A model generated the notes under the pieces. That model did not search any database and had not been told where the DNA came from. It worked only from the letters and a program-made list of their open reading frames with translations. Source: Rhynchobatus australiae (lineage: Eukaryota). Taken from it: a DNA stretch of 64,000 bases. Position numbers and translations under genes: made by a program. Within the stretch, counting starts at the first letter, position 1. Every line of letters begins with the position of its first letter. Of this stretch, positions 1 through 12,200 are shown in pieces. Location of the stretch: positions 13,789,150 through 13,853,149 of the forward strand of contig JAUZTB010000072.1 in assembly GCA_034780895.1 (NCBI GenBank), written 5' to 3'.

Positions 1-189
1 GAATAAAAAGATACCAAACCAAAGAAGATCTTAAGTGGGGCGATTTGTTTTCCTTTACATGGAAGATGTTTTACAGACACGGAATAAAGATATATATTTT
101 GATTAGATTGTTTTAGGAGTTTGGAAGGCAGGTAAAATTGGAAACCTTAAAAAATGCTTAGGTGGAAATTCTAAGGAAGCTGGTTTACT

Positions 190-465
190 GGACCATTGAT
201 CTGGAGACACAGGTTCAAATCCCACCATGACAGCACCAGAAATTTAAGTAATGAATTAAAAGAATCAGTAATGGCAAATATAGAACTACTGACTGTCATC
301 AGTAGAAGGTGACTGCTGTCCTTACCCAATATGATCGAGAGGGTCTCTATACCAACCAGTGTGGTGGACTCTGAAAATAATTCTGAAAGTCAGTAACTTC
401 AGGGAACAATTAGGGAAGGACAACAAGTGTTGGTCTTATTAGTGACATCCACATCCAATGAACAA
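190..465 (+). mobile_element. L2-like LINE 3' end remnant
   Basis: ggttcaaatcccaccatg...ctgctgtccttacc...gggaacaattaggga...gacatccacatccaatgaacaaat pattern. Confidence 0.55.
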
Positions 466-914
466 ATGGAAAAAAAACAATCTGCAATAGACTAAGGATT
501 AAGGCTGGACAACACTTACAGCTGACCAGCATGGATATAATGACAGAATGACCTCCTGAATATGCATTTCTAAGATTCCATCAGTAACGAGTCAGTCAAA
601 GAGCTCGAGGAAAAAAAGTGAAGATTGAGATGTGAATGATAGCATTTCCAGGGCATTGGACTAAGATGGTAGAAAGTACACCTGCTGATGGTGGTACCAA
701 GGGAATGAGGAAGCAAGAGTATGAGAGAATTTACTCAGATGGTTGCAGGAACTGGAAGAGAGTACAAGGATGAAAGGATGCCAAGTCATGAGGGGATGTA
801 GATAATGGGATATCATGAATCAGGAACCAATGAAATTCAGCTAATGGGGGAGTGATGGACAAACAGAATTTAGTGCAAGTTATATGTGCTAGTGTAGGTA
901 TAGGACAAGTAGCA

Positions 915-1245
915 GGGTGGTAGTGGGACTGCAGGTAGTGTAGCTGCAACACAGTTCCAGCCACCCAGGTTTGATCCTAATATCGTGTGCTGTGTGGAGT
1001 TCACATGTTCTTCCTGAGATTACATGGGTTTCCCCATATCCTCAACTGTACCAAAGACACATTGGCCATTAGGTTAATTGGCTATGCAAATTACTGCTAG
1101 AGTAGTGGCTGGTTGGAGAATCAGAGTGGGGGTGGTGGTGTGGTAATGGGCATGTGTGAGTGTAAGATGCAGGGAGTGGGATTGATGGATTGCTCTGAAA
1201 AGCAGCATAGACCTGATGGAACAAATGCCACCTCCTCTGTTGCAT
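915..1245 (+). mobile_element. tRNA-derived V/HE1-type SINE, diverged
   Basis: B-box-like caggtttgatcc followed by tgtgtggagttcacatgttcttcc...atgggtttcccc V-domain. Confidence 0.65.
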
Positions 1246-1489
1246 GGGGAATATGAGGCTCAGGGAGTTGGGTGAGCTGAAGGTTGAGGGAGGATAGTCA
1301 TGAGATTAAGATTGTAGACACCAAATATTTGGAAAAGTTGAATCGGGGCTGGACAGTGAATGTCTTGGAGGAAGTGTAACAGAGGATATTACATTGGAAA
1401 CTTAGTTTGGGCCACATATGATATTTAAATTGTAGAAGCTCATTGTACCCATTACTTCTTATGCAAATTTAGGCCATTGTATCTGAAAC

Positions 1490-1770
1490 TAGAACGGTTT
1501 AAAATTAAGAGGTCACCCATTTAGCACTGAGGAGAAAATTATTCTCTCAGAGGGTCACGATTCCTCGGAACTCTTCCTCAAAGGGCAGGGGAAGAAGAGT
1601 CTTTGAATAAGGCAGATGTGGTTAGATTCTTGATAAGCAAGAAGGTGAAAGGTTACTAGGGGTAGGCAGGAATGTGGAAGAGGTTACAACCAAATCAACC
1701 ATGATCTTTTTGAATGTCAGATCAACTGCAAGGGGCCCAGCAGCCTACTCTGTTCCTAATTTGTGTTCAT
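1490..1770 (+). mobile_element. CR1 LINE 3' end
   Basis: aaaattaagaggtcacccattta...ttctctcagagggt...ggcccagcagcctactctgttcctaatt tail. Confidence 0.7.
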
Positions 1771-4700
1771 GTCTATAGCCAGTCAAATCCTATCATGAGG
1801 GAAACCCAAGGGCAGTATGGAGTAACATGTCTGGTTATCTCAAAAGGAGGACTTTACAAGCGGTTTCACTAAAATATGGGATTTAATTAATCCAACCCCG
1901 TTCCACTTCTGACAAACCAGGCCTGCTACCATTCCTCTTCCTCCACTTCTCAGGCTGCAATCTCCAACTCACTCTTCCTATCCCAGCCACTGTGTGACAA
2001 CTTCTAACAACCTGCTTTTTTTTTCAAGCCAGCTCGGAATATGGAACTAGAAACAATTACACCACTTGTCATCAGCACACAAGAATTCTTTTTAAAAAGT
2101 GGCCTTAATTTGATGCCCTGGACACAGCCTTTTTAGTTCTTAACAACCTATTAATAAAACCTTATCTGGGATTATTCTAGTTAAAATTCAGCTTTACATC
2201 AATGTAGTCTTCATAATTCCAAACGATGCAACCTTCTCACTGAATTTTCAGTTATCCCCTTTTTCTGTGTACTGAGTAATTTAATATTTTCCACATCTAT
2301 TCAAAAACTCTCAATAACTTTTTATAGGAAACTTAAAAATTAGTGCTGGGGATAGGAATTCTGATTTTCTGTATCGGCATGAACTGTGCCCCAAACAGAG
2401 AGAGCACCAGGGTGTAAAGTATCAACTATTCACTAGAATTTCTCCTTGGAGAATGGCCCTGAATGCAATATATTTTTTCACTTCTCACACTGGACAACTT
2501 TTGGCCCTTCAGGGAGACTGCCAGTTGGTGCAGGTCTGGACAGATTCTTGTCTCCAATTTGAGAGGAACTTGATGAAGTTTTCTCAAACTCAAGGGATTC
2601 TTATGGCCAGTAGAGACTGGTATCCCACTAGTTTGAATTTAAATGCAAGCCCTGTAAGTAAGAGTTCAGTGTCTGCACTGTATATACCAAAAGACCTTGT
2701 TAAAGCCCTAGATATCCCAAGATAAATTTAATTATCAGTAGGAAAAAAGTCTAATGCATTGAGATTGTTAGAACTCTCAAAAGGGCAAGAACAAAATAAT
2801 TTATGCAAACAAGGAAAAATTGAGATGAACACCATTTTATTAATTCCATTCTATTTACATCAAGTTATATACAATAAACACTGCATTTACATGGTTCAAA
2901 CACAAAACATGCATCATTAAACATCATCATTACTGGGGTTTATGAAGGCTGCAACAGCATTAAATATACACGTTAAAGGACATTGTGCAAGTAGTGATAT
3001 TTCTCCTTAAAAACCTGTAGCTTCACTTGTGCCTTAGTTAAGCAGCAAGGAGTTGTAACATTCAATATTAGAGAACTTGTTTAACTTCACTATGCACCAA
3101 CATTAATACAACTGAGTAACATGACAAGGTAGGAATACAGATTCAAGCCAGCTCCATTTGCCTAATACTGGAAACTGGTTGTGCCTGCTTGGCAACCTAG
3201 ACATTTATAGTGCTTACATAATTTGGGCGATTTTGCTATCCATTTTCAGTAGTCCCATAGGCAGGCCTAAATTATTTCAAAACCATTCAAATAGGAAATT
3301 AGCAAATTCATCATCAAGAGGATGATTGCATTATGGTTAATTAACTTAATTTACTTATTATTGCTTTCAGTTCTGAGATTTAGATCTATTATGTGTGCTT
3401 TATGGATTAAATAGCAAAATGTACTTCAATTTTCTATACAAAGGGAAATTAACAGTCCTGATCGTGATTTTAATAAATGTTTTCTGANNNNNNNNNNNNN
3501 NNNNNNNNNNNNNNNNNNNNNNNNNNNNNNNNNNNNNNNNNNNNNNNNNNNNNNNNNNNNNNNNNNNNNNNNNNNNNNNNNNNNNNNCTGATCGTGATTT
3601 TAATAAATGTTTTCTGACTCTTCCCAAACCAGCAATTTCCATACTGAAACTATTTAACATGTTACCATAATTATAGTGGGACTGAGGGCACAGATCCTGA
3701 GGAAACTTATTAGCTATAAATTCTCACACCATATAGCCAAATCAGAAAAATCTCTCAATATTGAAAGTTACAGTAAATGCAAAATCTTCTGTCCACTTGA
3801 TTAGAGTACATAAAAAAATTCAAATGTAAATAATGGACTGTACCCAAGTTATATAGCTTGTTTGATTAAATATGGAATAAAACTTTTCTATAAAGTAACA
3901 AGTGTTTTATTTTGCTGTAAACAGACTATACAGCACTCAGTAGAAGGCATTTCTCTTCTATAGAATACAGTGAAGAACCCATTATCCAGGTGATGTGAAG
4001 ATTTTAACTTCAGTACACCTCAAGTCTCACACAACTGGACAATTTGTTAGCTATAAAGCAATAAGAAGCCAGGCTGAGATCAACTCAGATTCTGAACAGC
4101 TCCTTTTCCCAACGTTAGCATTATAGAATTATGGACTAATCAACTAGTTAACTATGCACCTCGGTTAAGAGGGCGGGCTACCAAGAATATCAGTAAATAT
4201 CCTGCCAACGGACCACCAATTAACTGTCCAATGGCATCAAAAACAGAACCATGTAGAAACATGGTGACACTGTCACTTTGTACAACAGGAAATTAACAAA
4301 TCCCTTTTTAAAAGCACTTGGAAATATTTCAGAATTACTATTTTACCTTCCTCTTCCCATGGTCCAAAGAAAAAACTCTACCCTGCAATGCATTGATAAT
4401 CAAATTTATTTAACAGAACCACAAGTGCATGATGGACCATAAATCATGCTGTTATTTCTACTTTTAGAATATGTCATTCACATCCGAGTCAAGAAAATCT
4501 AACAATGCATATAAAAATACCATTCAGAAGATAAACTGGATCACACATTTCACTCAAAAGGAGAATAATCAGTGCATGAGAGAACAGGCCAAACTCGAAC
4601 CAAAATGATTAGAGGCTGCACAAGGAAATCCCAATGCTGCAGTGAGAGACTTCATGGTGAAAGACTAAGCTACTGTTACAAAGCTACCGTTACATTCTTA

Positions 4701-5149
4701 CACGATGAAGAATCCAGTAAAGGACAGTACAATTTCTCAAATACCACATTACACACATATGATTGTACAAACTGCTTTCTTCATGACCACGTGATCTAGA
4801 TTATAGAACTCAGCTTTGTTCATTGGATCAACCTCACCCCCATGGGAACTCAACTAACACCAGACGAATAACCAACCCAACTAGGTGAGCTTAACACATT
4901 TGGGACTTAAATTACTTCAGCACTCTTTTTCAATTATATTTAATCTACAATTATCCTATAAAAGTAGTGTGTGCAATGGAGTACTAGCTTCCTGCCTTAT
5001 TACACAAGTATTTTTTTCTAAACTGGAAGTCCTTACACTTCAACCATTTTTGCCTGGCGATCTTTCCCTTCCCCTCTCCTCAAAGAATGAGGAAATAAAT
5101 TGAATTTATCCCCTTAGCCTCAGGATAGCCCAAAAAGGTTCAGGAAAAT

Positions 5150-5365
5150 TAAGTACTTTGGAAATGTAGCCAGATAGAGGAATACATTTTCAGACAGCAA
5201 AGTACTACAAAATGCAATGAGATAAACGACCAGATAAACTCTTTTGCTGGTGCTGCTTAAGAATAACTGCTTAGTTCACAAGAACTCCCTTCCCTTAGAA
5301 AAGTGTCATGCACCTGAGAAGACATGTGGGGTCAGGGTTCAACATCTCAACCAAAAGACAAAGCA
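5150..5365 (+). mobile_element. Deu-domain SINE remnant (AmnSINE/SacSINE-like)
   Basis: gagataaacgaccagataa...cacctgaga...gggttcaacatctcaaccaaaagaca resembles the recalled Deu core. Confidence 0.5.
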
Positions 5366-7794
5366 TTTCCTCATCATTATGCTGACACTTAGCTCTCAAA
5401 AAACATCTTATAGCTGAGTAAAACCAAAAGTAAATTTTACACATCTGCCAATTTACATCCAAGTTAAGAATGTGACTCATTGGTCAACAAAATTCCTGAG
5501 AGATTCTGGGTTTTGTCAAAATTTTAGTAAATCATTATTTGAAGATCATTCAAATTACTTCAGGCACATGCAATAAAAGCTTATATCCTGCTTTAATACT
5601 GCATTCCATTTCAGACCACTAATTTTCCTTGGTTTGACAAGTATGAAATTAAATTAAACAATGAAGCTGAACAGCTAAAAATAAACTCTGGCAACCTACT
5701 CGAGCTTCTATTGTTTGTGAAATGTACTAACAACTCAAGAATTTTGTAGAGCCAGCATTTTAGCTGTTCTGCTGACAGATACAATATTCATGGAAGACAT
5801 CATTTATTGGTGTGGGTCACGTTTTCAGTCTCAACTCATCCTTGCAGCTTCTGAATGTAACATTCAGGGTTACAGGGAGGTGGTATAATATATAGCTGCC
5901 CCAACAAGGCTTGAGATTTTTTTTTGTAAATGTACATATACATAAAGCACTCTTAGATTCATTACTCAGGAGGTGCTGGAATATTTCTGTTCCTGAAACC
6001 TTTGAGACTTGCAGTGTTAATATGCAGCTGAAGAGTCTGCAGCCCTTCCATACTTCCAATGTTGGTGCACTCAAAAGGATATTAACTACCTGATTTCTGA
6101 GGGATTTGTTGACTTTTTTTTGCTTATATTTTCTGTGATTTTATTGTATTTATCACATATTTGTTGACCTGTGACATTTAGTAATTAGTTGGCATATATA
6201 TTGTTACTACAATACCTTTTAAACTTGACATACAAGGAACAACCATCTACACAGGCAAGCAACAGTTCAAAAACCTGCCTTGATAGGACAGATACTTGCT
6301 CGCCATTCTGAAGGTGGGTGAAAGTATGCAATTTAATCCAGTTTAGCAATGAGGAAGAATGATGTAAATCTTTGCACTGATCAGTAAACATCAACCAGCA
6401 ATACACTTGTATTCCACACCCTGCCAGAATCAAAGTTACTGTAACACACTTTATTTCACATGTAAACCTTTCTCACTACTCCTGCCTTACCACAACTCTG
6501 CACTTTTAAGGTGGATCAGCCTTTGATTTTGACCACGGCTGATCAGATGACCTTCCCATACACAAATTATCAGGTTTAAGTCATTTGGCTATAAATATTA
6601 CAAGAGTTAGATTTTTCTCAAATATAGTCAGAGATGTCACTAATACTTTACTTACACATTTGGAAGGAGGAAGTGGAGTGAACAGACATGACAAGGGACT
6701 AGCAACATGAAAACAAAAACCAATTTTCTTGGTCCAAAGATGCTGAGTTGTACTAAGGTACAGATTCTCCAAAGGCACCAACTCTGGGTCCAGTTTCCAC
6801 AGGCACTGGCTCTTAATAAGGTGTACATTTCAAGGAATTCTGATTCTTGACAAGGAGTGGGTTTCAAAGGCATTAGGTCTTGCTGGGATACTGATTCACT
6901 GGAAGCCTGACTCGGGGTGGGTTCTGTTTGCAAAGGTATCAACAACCGTTCAATAGCTGACTACCTGGTCAACCTCATACACTGCAGTATATTTTCCATC
7001 TGTTATCATAAGGGAATTTGAATACAATCTTCAACTACAGAGCAGGTGTATGCCTCTGATAGGCTGCACATGATTAATATGCTTGTACACATCTAGAGAT
7101 GGATTTCCATTACAATGCAAAAAATCTCTCATTTACAATCACTTAAACCTTATGGACTGCAAATCATTTCTCAACAATAATGGAATTGAAAAATACAAGG
7201 ATTTATAAAACAATATAATCGTTGCCCATTCCTTGTTGGGCTGCGACTTCAGGTGACCTGAAGAGAAAGTAGACTACAAAAAGTTAATGCAACATTGACC
7301 TTCTGCCACCAGGTGGGGACGTGCAATGAATGTTTGAGTGCATTTGCAGCATACGCTGGAGACATCGGTTAGTGGTACAATGAGAACTTTATATGTGTTT
7401 ACACTACATAGATAATTACTGGCTAAGTATTTTCAGTATTACTAAGGCTTGCTAGAACTGCCATTGAATATGGGCCCCCTGATCTGTATAGCTTAATGAG
7501 GCCCCACTTGTCACCTCCATCCATGAAACCATCAATCTGCCTTTCAAACATGCTGCTCTAAACATTACTAACCTGGAAGAGAGACACACTGGGAGTTCTT
7601 GAATAGAGTAGTGTAGGCAGTTATGTAATTGCACATTGTACATTGTCAACAGCATAGCTGCTTCCAGACTGGAAATACAACTTCAGCTGACTGAACCATT
7701 TGGAAAAACTCAAGACGCTGCTGGAAAGAGCTCCAATACACGAGCAGCTAATAATTACAGCATCTATCTCAAGTTACAGATTATCAATCCTTAA

Positions 7795-7995
7795 ATAAAA
7801 ATAGAAAATACTGGAAATACTCTGCAAGTCAGACAACATGTGGATAGAGAAACAGAGTTAACATTTCAGCTTGATGAAAGGTCATTGACCCGAAACATTA
7901 ATTTTGCTTCTCTCCCCACTGATGTTCTTTGACCTGCTGAGTATTTCCAGCATTTTGTTTTTATTATTTCAGATTTCCAGCATCATAGGTTTTGC
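7795..7995. mobile_element. Short palindromic repeat element (Penelope-terminus-derived, MITE-like)
   Basis: gaaaatactggaaatactc...agagttaacatttcag is inverted against gaaacattaat...gacctgctgagtatttccagcatttt. Related copies at about 54580-54860 and 56255-56440. Confidence 0.65.
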
Positions 7996-9118
7996 TTTTT
8001 CATTAGCAGTCTTGGCCTGCTTGCAATTTCTTACATACATTTTTCATAAATGGGAAAATCCAGCTCTTCAAGTGACTGAGCAATAAAAAGGGCTTTCAGT
8101 CCAAGCCTGATGTTGCCCAGTAACAAACCTGCTATAGTCTATCCAATATCTCAATGTAGATTTGCATTTAAATTGCATCATTGGGAGTTACACCCTGCAG
8201 TTCGAAGGGGAGGGTGCACTGTGGTTACTTCACCAGGTACGAAGGCAGGACTTGTAGTCCTCAGGATTCCCATTATTGCAAAATCTCTCGTGCAAGTTTC
8301 TCCAGGTTAGTAGGAAGGAAATCACAATGGAGCCACCATAGACATTGACTTTAGGGTTATTCAAAACCCAAAGTTATTTATAGGTTAAACATTAACAAGC
8401 GCCATAGAAAAAATGGCTGATGTGCAGTCGAATCTAAATAATACCTATATGAATAAAAGTCTGTCCATAAAAATCAATTTCAAAATTTCTTCATGCGGTT
8501 CTCATGCATCAGATAATGATACTCAGTTCTTAGGTCAATTCTTCAGGATCACAATTGCTTCCCAAGCAACCAGAACCTGCAGACGAGACTTTTGACAATT
8601 AGAGGTCAAAGCTGGTGCAGAGAGCCTGATATGCAAGGATATTGACCAAGTCACATCGTACCATGTTAGAAGCACAGATGTGTCCTTCCTCAAAAAAACT
8701 CATTTTTCTCAGCAGGAAAGAAAAAAATTTGTTTTGTTTGAAAGTTTCTTCATAAAATCTCTTACAACAGCAGACACTCATGTGGCGAGAACACAAGTTT
8801 TAAGAGCTGGGATATTCATTGAATATGTTGCAGTGGAGGAGCGAAAGTAATCAAGATGCGAGTGTCACACCTGTTACCCAGCTCAGTGGGCAGGTTTTCA
8901 TTCCCTCAACCTTATCCAATTATTTACGTTGTGGAGGTATTCTCAAAAACCCATAGGCGGGTCTTCTTCAGAGACTGTTCTTCCTTGTACACTTGGACTG
9001 ATTTCATTTCCATTACATTCTCATGTACTGTCATCAAATGCACTAACATCGTGCATTGTGTTGCATGCAATATCCAGAGAGGCAGCATTCTCGTACCATG
9101 TGTCAGGCATCAATGTTT

Positions 9119-9256
9119 TTAACACCATGGATCACGCTCACCACGTCCTCGAGATAAACTGTCGCTTCGCTGCCAAGTGGTACGAATAAGTGTGACAGCA
9201 TCATCGCATTTGTTCCGAATGGAAGGGTCCTGAAGTGGCTTCTGAGGCAGATCAAC
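9119..9256 (-). CDS. PLEKHM2: PLEKHM2 exon 20, coding part including stop
   Basis: VDLPQKPLQDPSIRNKCDDAVTLIRTTWQRSDSLSRGRGERDPWC-TAA; acceptor ttacttag. Confidence 0.96.
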   Translation of the reverse strand, partial: VDLPQKPLQDPSIRNKCDDAVTLIRTTWQRSDSLSRGRGERDPWC

Positions 9257-12200
9257 CTAAGTAAAAGAGTCTGCATGAAACAGAGTGCAACCATCAAACA
9301 CTAGGTGCTCATTTTCCAGATTTACTTGGGCTTTAGGAAAGATTCCCAACCCTCTATTCTCACTTGACAGTAATGCATTGTATTACAATACAGCATCGTG
9401 GTTATGGGCTCTCCTACAGTACCCCAGCAGTGTTCAATATTCAGGTATGAGCCTTAACAGTTTACTTCAAGTTCCTAGGTGAAAACATCACCAATAGTCT
9501 GTCCTGGTCAACCACATGGNNNNNNNNNNNNNNNNNNNNNNNNNNNNNNNNNNNNNNNNNNNNNNNNNNNNNNNNNNNNNNNNNNNNNNNNNNNNNNNNN
9601 NNNNNNNNNNNNNNNNNNNGAAAATATAACCAATAGCTTGCCCTGATCCAGCCACATGGACACTATAGCCAAGAAAGCACACCAGTGCCTCTAATTCCTC
9701 AGAAGGCTTAGGAAATTCAGAATGTCCCAGTTGACCCTCAAACTTTTATAGATGCAACATAGAAAGCATCCTTTCCAGTTGCATCACAGCTTGGTATGGC
9801 AACTGCTCTGCCCAAGACTAAGAAATTTCAGAGAGTTGTGGACAGCTCAGTCCATCATGAAACCAGCCTCCCCTCCAAGGACTGTCTACACTTCCCGCTG
9901 CCTCTGGAAAGCAGCTAATGTAATCAAAGACCCCTCCCACCCAGACCTTCTCTCTTTTCTCGCCTTTCCATCGGGCAGAAGATACAAAAGCTTGAAAACA
10001 CACACCACCAGGCCCAAGGACAGCTTCTATCCCACAGTTATAAGACTCTTAAATGGATCTCTTGTACAAGATGAACTCTTGACTTCACAATCCACCTCAT
10101 CATGGCCCTCACACCTTATTGTCTACCTGCGATGCACTCTCTCTGTAACTGTAACACTATGTTCTGCATTCTGTTATTGCTTTTCCCTTGTACTACCTCA
10201 ATGTATTTGTTTTGAAATGTTCTGCATGAATGGCATGCAAAACAAAGCTTTCACTGTACGTCAGTAGATGTGACCATAATAAACCCATTACAGTGAGCGT
10301 TGACAGGATATTCATCAATGAGGGCAGCATATTAAGTCTACTCCGGTCCTCATATAGGTGCATTCTATAATTACTGAATAGCAATCACATTAAGAACCTT
10401 GGCTGACTATATCACTCTAATGCCAAGACTTAGCTAATTGAAGTCAATTAAAGAGCCCCTAGTTATCCTGGCAGAGATCACCTGGTAATTTATTGCAATA
10501 AAACTGAATTGGTACTAATAGCTCAGCACTCCCCNNNNNNATGATGCATTAGCCTGCTGTCAGAGGAAACCCAGGCAGATGGTTTAAAGTTCATAACTAC
10601 AGAAAGAGAAAGTGCTTTGTCAGATAGGATAGTGGCATTTACACTGGTATTTTGACATTGACACATTTGGTGATACCCATTGCATAAGGTGCAACTGGGT
10701 ATTACACACATTTCTAGCTCACCTTGTAGATCTTCCTCCAAGCACCCTTCAATGCAGCTAGAAAACGCTGCAACTCCTCAGTACAACTAAAGTACAGGAA
10801 CCAGGGAAGAGTTTTCTGACCTTCAGACAGTTCCTACAACATAATGCAATAAATGGGATTGAAGTATCAGAAGGAGATGTCCAAAAACAGATTAACTAAC
10901 CTTTTCAAATGTAGTCGATGTTGGAAATGATAACAGAACAATTACAGGAAAAACAAGATTTTACATCCAATGTATTTTAAACCTTTCAACATACATTCCT
11001 ATTAAGCAGTTAATGGAAGTTAGAATACAGATCTGGGAGGGCAGTATCAAGCAGCTGATTGTTCCACACCATTTTTGATATTCCTGAACATGGAAGCAAA
11101 CTATTATAATAATTGCACCGTTTGCTGCTGGGATTCTGCTTCATTAGATCTGCAAGGACTAACGATGTAGCCCATTTCTCACTTCTACAGGCAAAATACT
11201 AAAAACTACTTTTGTATTATTTTCTTTTATGTCATTAATAGTAAGGCAGCACATTAAGACACAAGTCACTCAGCTGACTGAATTACACTGGCAGGCATTC
11301 CTCAGTACATGGAGTTATATGATGACATAATGCCTTTAAGCCTCAATACAATACTGCTTGCAATTTCTTTTAAGGGAAGCTCTGATAACAACCAAAACTA
11401 AATAGAGACAAATGCTTCATATCTTAGAGGAAGGGCCAAGAATCCTGGATTGCCCTCTCAGTGGCTGGTTACAGACAAACACAGGCCATGGAGCAAGTTG
11501 CATGTTAGCCTCTCTGGCTCATGAAGACCCTGAAAGAGGTTGAAATCAGAGAGGGGCAACAATCTCAAAACATCTGGAATTCTAGATACATTATTTTACT
11601 CAGCAGTAGTTCACTCTGCTTTACACTGGAGTATAAGCCTCTGTAACCCTAATAGCCTTTAGATTCACATTCTTCACTATCATGATGGACCAACGATACA
11701 CATCAAAAACATTTACCATCTTCAGCAACGTTGCAAAAAAATTACATCTGCCAAAGATGGGAATGTTCAAAAAAGGTCAAGTTACTTACCATCAGACAGT
11801 ATTCCCTGTTGGGGGCAATGGAGACACCACTAACACTTGTGAGCTCGGTGCTGCCCAATAATCGGAAGAAGCTGGTCTGAGAGTCTTCATGACATGTAAG
11901 GACCATTCTATCTGATACAACGAGGCAGCATGGGATGCATGGAGAGGGTACACCACCTTGGGGTACAATCTGGCAACAGAACAATTTATACACTAAAACA
12001 GACAGCATACCGACAGGAAAACCCTCAAGTCTTAAGGTCCTTTTTTTTAAAGCCCAATAGCAAACAAGCAGTTATCAATGTATGAAAGTCTAGAATTGAT
12101 TAGTTGGACCTCTCTACTACATGAAGATCATATTTGTCATGGATTCTGTACAACATAATATTGCTGATACTTGTTAGTATTGCAGAGCCATTCTCACTAC

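Noticed and set aside
3458-3617. Identical 30-bp direct repeat on both sides of a 100-N gap (similar at 13027-13162, 27874-27995 and 46729-46931)
   Set aside because: Exact overlaps flanking fixed 100-N gaps are typical scaffolding artifacts, not TSDs or biological repeats.
6652-6945. 97-aa minus-strand ORF with protein-like composition (PLQTEPTPSQASSES...)
   Set aside because: It starts at a non-ATG codon, has an in-frame stop just upstream, has no convincing splice pair and matches no family I recognise.
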